Part shown: positions 55,860-64,000 of the stretch, piece after piece
Layout: each line of letters starts with the position of its first letter
How positions within the stretch are numbered: position 1 is the first letter of the stretch
NCBI GenBank assembly: GCA_964016885.1
Contig: OZ024740.1
Span: 425,816,001-425,880,000 of the forward strand
Length of the DNA stretch: 64,000 bases
From: Eledone cirrhosa
Taxonomy: Eukaryota
Direction of reading: 5' to 3'
Translations under genes and position numbers: made by a program
The notes under the pieces: generated by a model
Database searches by the model: none
The model's input: only the letters and a program-made list of their open reading frames with translations
What the model was told of the DNA's origin: nothing

Positions 55860-58800
55860 ATGTGTGTGTTTCTAGTTAGTGTGTAGATGTGGCTATGTAT
55901 GTGTTTAGTTAGTGTGTAGATGTATCTATATGTGTGTTTAGTTAGTGTGTAGATGCGTCTATATGTGTTTAGTTAGTGTGTCGATGTGTCTATGTATGTG
56001 TTTAGTTAGTGTAGATGTGTCTATTTGTGTTTAGTTAGTGTAAATGTGTCTATATGTGTCTAGTTAGTGTGTAGCTGTTTCTATATATGTGTTTAGTTAG
56101 TGTGTAGGTGTGTTTAGTAAGTGTGTAGATGTGTCTATATGTGTCTAGTTAGTGTGTAGATGTGTCTATATATGTGTTTAGTTAGTGTGTAGATGTGTCT
56201 ATATATGTGTTTAGTTAGTGTATAGATGTGTCTATATGTGTTTAGTAAGTGTGTAGATGTGGATACATATGTGTTTAGTTAGTGTGTAGATGTGTCTATA
56301 TGTGTTTAGTAAGTATGTAGATGTGGCTATATATGTGTTTAGTTACGGTGTAGATGTGTCTATATATATGTGTTTAGTTAGTGTGTAGGTGTGTCTATAT
56401 ATGTGTTTAGTAAGTGTGTAGATGTGGCTATATATGTGTTTAGTAAGTGTGTAGATGTGTTTATATGTGTTTAGTTAGTGTGTAGATGTGTCTATATATG
56501 TGTTTAATTAGTATAGATGTGTCTATATGTGTTTAGATAGTGTGTAGATGTATCTATATGTGTGTTTAGTTAGTGTGTAGATGTGTCTGTATGTGTTTAG
56601 TTACTGTGTAGATGTGTCTATATGTGTTTAGTAAGTGTGTAGATGTTGCTATATATGTGTTAGTTACTGTGTAGATGTGTCTATATGTGCCTAGTTAGTG
56701 TGTAGATGTGTCTATATGTGTTTAGTTAGTGTGTAGATGTGTATCTATATGTGTTTAGTTAGTGTGTAGTTGTGTCTATATGTGTTAAGTAAGTGTGTAG
56801 ATGTGGCTATATCTGTGTTTAGTTAGTGTGTAGATGTGTCTATGTGTATCTAGTTAGTGTGTAGATGTATCTATATGTGTTTAATTAGTGTGTAGATGTG
56901 TCTATATATGTTTAGTTTGTGTGTAGCTGTGTCTATATATGTGTTTAGTTAGTGTGTAGATATATCTATATGTGTGTTTAGTTAGTGTGTAGATGTGTCT
57001 ATATGTGTTTAGTTAGTGTGTAGATGTGTCTATGTATGTGTTTAGTTAGTGTAGATGTGTCTATTTGTGTTTAGTTAGTGTAAATGTGTCTATATGTATC
57101 TAGTTAGTGTGTAGCTGTGTCTATATGTGTCTAGTTAGTGTGTAGCTGTGTCTATATATGTGTTTAGTTAGCGTGTAGGTGTGTCTCTATATGTGTTTAG
57201 TAAGTGTGTAGATGTGTCTATATGTGCCTAGTTAGTGTGTAGATGTGTCTATATATATGTGTTTATTTAGTGTGTAGATGTGTCTATATATGTGTTTAAT
57301 TAGTGTATAGATGTGTCTATATGTGTTTAGTAAGTGTGTAGATGTGGCTATATATGTGTTTAGCTAGTGTGTAGATGTGTCTATATGTGTTTAGTAAGTA
57401 TGTAGATGTGGCTATATATGTATTTAGTTACAGTGTAGATGTGTCTATATATGTGTTTAGTTAGTGTGTAGGTGTGTCTATATATGTGTTTAGTAATTGT
57501 GCAGGGTGTGTCTATATGTCTATAGTTAGTGTGTAGATGTGTCTATATATGTGTTTAGTTAGTGTGTAGATGTGTCTATATGTGTTTAGTTAGTGTGTAG
57601 GTGTGTCTATATGTGTTTAGTTAGTGTGTAGGTGTGTCTATATGTGTTTAGTTAGTGTGTATGTGTGTCTATATGTGTTTAGTTAGTGTGTAGATGTGGC
57701 TATGTAGTGTTTAGTTAGTGTGCAGGTGTCTCTATATGTCTTTAGTTAGTGTGTAGATGTGTCTATATGTGTCTAGTTAGTGTGTAGATGTCTCTATATG
57801 TGTTAATTAAGTGTGTAGATGTGGCTATATATGTGTTTAGTTACTGTGTGGATGTGTCTATATGTGCCTAGTTAGTGTGTAGATGTGTCTATATGTGTTT
57901 AGTCAGTGTGTAGGTGTCTCTAAATGTGTTTAGTTAGTGTGTAGATGTGTCTATATGTGTTTAGTAAGTGTGTAGATGTGTCTATATGTGTTTAGTTACT
58001 GTGTAGATGTGTCTATGTGTCTAGTTAGTGTGTAGATGTGTCTATAGGTGTTAAGTAAGTGTCTAGATGTGGCTATATATGTGTTTAGTTAGTGTGTAGA
58101 TGTGTCTATATATGTGTTTAGTTAGTGTGTAGATGTATCTATATGTGTGTTTAGTTAGTGTGTAGATGTGACTATATGTGTTTAGTTAGTGTGTAGATGT
58201 GTCTATGTATGTGTTTAGTTAGTGTAGATGTGTCTATTTGTGTTTAGTTAGTGTAAATGTGTCTATATGTGCCTAGTTAGTGTGTAGCTGTGTCTATATA
58301 TGTGTTTAGTTGGTGTGTAGATGTGCCTATATATGTGTTTATTTACTGTGTAGATGTGTCTATATGTATTTAGTTAGTGTGTAGATGTGGCTATATATGT
58401 GTTTAGTAAGTGTGTAGATGTGTCTATATATGTTTAGTAAGTGTGTAGGTGTGTCTATATGTGTATAGTTAGTGTGTAGATGTGTCTTTCTGTGTTTAGT
58501 AAGTGTGTAGATGTATATATATACGTGTTTAGTTAGTGTGTAGATGTGTCTATATGTGTTTAGTAAGTGTGTAGATGTGTCTATATATGTGTTTAGTTAG
58601 TGTGTAGATGTGTCTATATATGTGTTTAGTTACTGTGTAGATATGTCTATATGTGTTTATTTACTGTGTAGATGTGGCTATATGTGTTTAGTAAGTGTGT
58701 CGATGTGTCTATATATGTGTTTAGTAAGTGTGTAGATGTGTCTATATATGTGTTTAGTAAGTGTGTAGGTATGTCTATATATGTGTTTAGTAAGTGTGTA

Positions 58801-58975
58801 GATGTGTCTATATATGTGTTTAGTTACTGTGTAGATGTGTCTATATGTGTTTATTTACTGTGTAGATGTGGCTATATGTGTCTAGTAAGTGTGTAGATGT
58901 GTCTATATATGTGTTTAGTAAGTGTGTAGATGTGGCTATATATGTGTTTTGTCAGGGTGTAGATGTGGCTATGTT
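55860..58975. repeat. 31/33-bp degenerate minisatellite, about 97 copies
   Basis: Unit TTAGTTAGTGTGTAGATGTGTCTATAT(AT)GTGT; AGATG at 56991 and 57022. Confidence 0.95.
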
Positions 58976-59354
58976 TCCGACTCCATCATCAGTACTACTA
59001 TGAAATATACTGGTTGTCTGCCCAATATAATCCTATAAATATGTGATGAAGCAAGTGTAGTGTTTGTCAAGTTGACGTGTTGTATTTCTGTCTCACTGAT
59101 CGCCCACTTTTCTCACAACACTGATAGGTATCTATCACATATGACAGTTACTATTGATGACATATCCGCCATTTTCATTGGCCTTCTCTTCTCCGTCTAC
59201 CTGTCTCACTTTCTCTCTGTCTGTCTGTCTGACTGTCTGGCAGTGTTTGCCTTTCTTTCATACTTTCTTCCTGTCTTTCATTGCTCCTTCATTTCCTTCT
59301 CTCTTTCTGCATTTACCATCTTTATACATGTTGTTCATGAAGGATTTTATTTCT

Positions 59355-59995
<641 letters not shown>

Positions 59996-60340
59996 ATTAA
60001 TTGTAATATTGCTACTACCACCCAATGATGGTACCTTTTACGAAATCGATCGACCTGCTAGAAATAGCAGACAAACCTTCCTCAAATGAACAATATCATC
60101 CCAGATAGTCACGGTTGTACGACACGACATCCCCATCAGCTGCTTGTGGTTGCAGTTATGAAAGTATCGTAGTTTTTCCAACCTCTCACCTCCACCAATC
60201 ATGGCCGCTCCACTATTTCTTCTAACTAGATCATAAACAAACAAAAACACTTTCAGAACTCAAATCCCACAGTTATCTTATTTAACATTCACCCTTCCTG
60301 GGTCAGTAAAATAATTATCTGACACGTAATCGATATTATT

Positions 60341-60530
60341 AGTGTATTGGCAGTATCGGTAGAGGGTCGGACACCATGCTTTGACGCATAGAGTTACGGC
60401 CCTTGCCATTCTGAGTTCAAATCCCGCCGAGGTTAATTTTGCCTTTCATCCTTATGGGGTCGATAAAATAAAGTACCAGTAATACACTGAGATAATTGAT
60501 GGCCTTGTACAAAAAATAGAAACAATTATT
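60341..60530 (+). mobile_element. SINE family A, short variant
   Basis: Matches 45600-45791. Confidence 0.88.
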
Positions 60531-61038
60531 AACTATATTCTGTCTCTACTGCAAATATGTTACTTTGTGTCTATGTTAGAAACATATAGTTGTTTGTTTA
60601 TATTAAACCTATGAACATACTATAGAGTCTCGAATAATTGACCCCCACCCCCGCTTATCCATTTTTCATAATTTACCAGTTCCCCCCACTACTTATTAAA
60701 TTTTGCTAATATATCTCCGGTGAAAATTTATTTTAATTTTCTTTATACAATTAAAAAACATTACACATAACATTACTATAAATCTCATGTTATAAAATAA
60801 ATAGGATGGGTTTGTGGGGGTGGGGGGTCTCAATAGGTAAGCTAAACGACTAATTCTGGGTTTTTAAACAATCAACGGAGACAACCTGGAAACATTACCG
60901 ATTTCCACCCCATCCACCCGCATATTTCAACCCCTACTTCACTCCTCCCCCCATTATTTGGGACCCGAGAGTACTCGAGTAAAGATAAATTCTCAACAAT
61001 CTTCCATGTTTAATTATCTTCTATTTTTAACATAAGAA

Positions 61039-61464
61039 GGATGGTGGATTAATAGTATCGTTAGAGGGTCGGACACACATCTTTGTGGCATAGAGTTATG
61101 GCCCTTTACGTTCTGAGTTCAAATCCCGTCGAGGTTAGCTTTGCCTTTCTTCCTTACAGTGTCGATAAAGTAAAGTACCAGTAACGCACTGGGGTCGATT
61201 TAATCGACTTCCTCCTTCCCTCAAAATTGTTGGCCTTATGTCTATATCAGAAACCCTTATTTGAGCAATTAAGGAGAAAGTCGATAGAGTGTCGGATGCA
61301 TTCTTATATCTTTTAATCTGAGTTCAAATCCTGTCGAATTTTGCTTTGCATTGTATTCTTAAGGGTTCGATAAAATAAAGTACCAGTAACGCACTGGGGT
61401 TAATTTAATCGAGTTTCTTCTTCCCTCTAAATTGTTGGCCTTGTTCCTTATTTAGAAACCATTA
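61039..61464 (+). mobile_element. Two tandem SINE family A copies (61039-61261 and 61278-61464)
   Basis: Two GAGTTCAAATCC..GATAAA(A/G)TAAAGTACCAGTAACGCACTGGGG blocks. Confidence 0.88.
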
Positions 61465-61502
61465 CCAATATAAGAACAGGCAAACCTAACTTCAATGATA
61501 AT

Positions 61503-61706
61503 AATATTGGTTTCTTTTATAGGCACAAGGCCAGCAATTTTGGGGGAGGGGAAAGTCGATTAAGTCGACCCCAGTGCGTGACTGGTACTTTATTTTATCG
61601 ACCCTGTAAGGATGAAAGGCAAAGTTAACCCCGGCGGGATTTGAACTCAGATCATAAAGGGCCGTAACTCTTTGCTGCAAAGCATGGCGTCCGACTCTCT
61701 ACCGAT
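61503..61706 (-). mobile_element. SINE family A
   Basis: Reverse complement of 7900-8102. Confidence 0.9.
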
Positions 61707-62274
61707 AATAATATACAAATGTCAGGGAAGTGAATAGTGTATGAGTCATGATATACATGTGTGCGTGTGTATGAATTAGGTAAAGAGTGATCTTTGGGTA
61801 TTCCTTTAACTGTCGCTCGTTCAATTTCTTCCCACGCTTGACTTTCCTTCTTTCTTTTTTTACCACGTGATATTCAATATCTTTAACAGTTATTTTAAGG
61901 ACTTTACATTTCTATTTGTTCCACTTTAATCAGATCTTTTACTGCGCTCTTTTCTATATTTACTGTTCATGTGGCTCAATACTTCTAAGGTATCTCTATA
62001 GTAACCTGAGATGATTAATTCAATTCACAAAGCCACATAATCACCTTTTCTCAATTAATGCTGAAACGTTCGTCTAGCGAAACAAGATCAACCAATGTGA
62101 TCCTCCTGTAAATGGCGGAGGTGTTCCAAATGTCAATAATTAACTGACATGCAACAAAAGCGTCAATGCAGGAAGATGTCTGAGAATACTAAACCAATTA
62201 TATTTTTGATATCAATACTGCAACAATTTTATTTTCTTCTACATATGATCATCCAAGATATTTAAACAAAACAG

Positions 62275-62662
62275 TTTGTTCCGCTACTTCTTCGAATTGA
62301 GAGTTCACAGCTGTGACACTGTGGGTATGTGGTTAGAATGTCCCAGGAAAGAATCACTGGACAGATTTTACTGACAAAACCAAATCCGCAGGAGACCCAG
62401 GGGTATAATCCGAGCAAGATGGTTGGATAACATCCATGAGTTTGACTGATCTTACTTAGGGATCTAGTCGGATGAGTTGGAGACGGTTGCTTCTGAAAGG
62501 CCCCACTGGAAGGAGGATTTGAGGACTCTGCCCCCACCACCCTCGAAGAAGAAGAAGAAGAAGAAGAAGAAGAAGAAGAAGAAGAAGAAGAAGAAGAAGA
62601 AGAAGAAGAAGAAGAAGAAGAAGAAGAAGAAGAAGAAGAAGAAGAAGAAGAAGAAGAAGAAA
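62275..62662 (+). mobile_element. RTE-clade LINE 3' fragment with an expanded (GAA)n tail
   Basis: PLLLRIESSQL..GYVVRMSQERI..RRPRG..RARWLDNI; (GAA)n of about 39 units at 62545-62662; homologous to 8455-8790. Confidence 0.8.
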
Positions 62663-63389
62663 TAATTGTTTGTTCAAAATATGCTAAAAAAAAGTATCTG
62701 TAACAAGAAGTTTTTATATTAAATTCATATCCTAAAGTTACATTAGAGATATTTTAAATAAGTTCTTTACACCAAAAATTACATCATCGTTAGCAAATAT
62801 ACAATTAATGTGATATTTATTCCGGTTAGATTGTAGGTAGCCCCATTCAGAATTGAACAATCTCCCCATGGTTGAATAATAGAATTGGACTTAAAAACCT
62901 TTGACCAACTCATTCAAATAATTAAAAAACTGAATATTTGATCGTTTAATTCTGGCCATGTTAACTGAACCATCATAGATTTATTAATGTATGCTTGATA
63001 AGTGTTTATCTTGAAGGGATTTTTAAAAATAAAATACTGAATACTTTCGTTGGTTCACTAAAAGATTACCTAATGTTCTAGTTTGAAATAACAACAAATG
63101 TATACAAGAACAAATAAACAATCTAAAAACGAATAAACATAGGAATACAAATAGAACTTCGTATAGAAACATATTGGAAAATAGAAATAAAATACGATCA
63201 TGAATTAGCAATAAAAATACGAACACAAGATTATGAATACAAATACGAAGAGGTATACAAGCAAAATGGTGAAAGAAACGTTGTCATAACGTTATGTTAT
63301 ATCCACAAGGGATGGTGAAATCAAATGAAAATCTTCCCTTCTCCCATAGTAAAGAAAATATACAAACACTCATGTAACAGACTTTATTA

Positions 63390-64000
63390 CTGTGCTTGTG
63401 TCTGTTTGTGTGTGTCTGTGTGTGTTTGTGTGTGTCTGTGTCTGTCTGTGTGTGACTGTGTCTGTTTGTGTGTGTTTGTGTCTGTGTCTGTTTATATGTG
63501 TTTGTGTGTGTGTGTTTATGTTTGTATAGATATGCGTGTGTTTGGTTGTGATTGTGCTATTGAGACTGTCATTATGTGTGCTGAAAGGTGTGTGTTTGTG
63601 TCTGCGCTATTAAGACTGTTATTACATGTGTGTGTAAATGTGTGTAGGTGTGTGGGTGTGTTTGCGCTATTAAGACTGTCATTGTGTGTGTGTGTATTTC
63701 TGAGACAGTCATGTGTGTGTGTGTGTGTTTGTGTGTGTGCTTCTGAGACAGTCATTGTGTGTGTATGTGTTTGTGTGTGTGTGTGTTTCTGAGACAGTCA
63801 TTGTGTGTGTGTGTGTTTGTGTGTGAGACAGTCATTGTCTGTGTATGTGTGTGTGTGTTTCTGAGACAGTCATTGTCTGTATATGTGTGTGTGTGTGTGT
63901 TTCTGAGACAGTCATTGTGTGTGTGTATGTTCGTGTGTGTGTGTGTTTGTGTGTGTGAGACAGTCATTGTGTGTGTATGTGTATGTGTGTGTGTGTGTGA
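63390..64000. repeat. (GT)-rich minisatellite with TGAGACAGTCATTG anchors, running off the window end
   Basis: Anchor recurs every ~30-45 bp from 63561. Confidence 0.9.

Noticed and set aside
55860-58975. Telomeric repeat
   Set aside because: TTAGTTAG sits inside a 31-bp unit; there are no TTAGGG or TTAGG runs.

Overview
Non-coding, repeat-saturated animal genomic DNA. The SINE families and the (TA)n density suggest a cephalopod such as Octopus, but this is inference. No intact host gene is recognisable, and almost all ORF-track entries are artefacts of tandem repeats. Contents: (1) a 26.4-kb 30/25-bp satellite (16770-43178) that grades from short blocks into a 3745-bp higher-order repeat; (2) 44-bp and 31/33-bp minisatellites; (3) a near-full-length decayed Tx1/L1-type LINE, an inverted 3' copy of it and an older relative; (4) RTE and R4/Dong-type LINE fragments; (5) about 12 tRNA-derived SINE copies. 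The most notable signal is about a dozen type I hammerhead-ribozyme-like motifs (CUGANGA-stem II-GAAA-palindromic mini stem III-NUH), from intact to eroded. They sit in small elements embedded in (TA)n tracts, with terminal direct repeats or fold-back inversions, resembling Penelope-like elements or retrozymes. Separately, the big satellite is bracketed on the minus strand by a strong splice acceptor and a GTAAGT donor, so it may have grown out of an exon boundary. All folds and alignments were done by eye.
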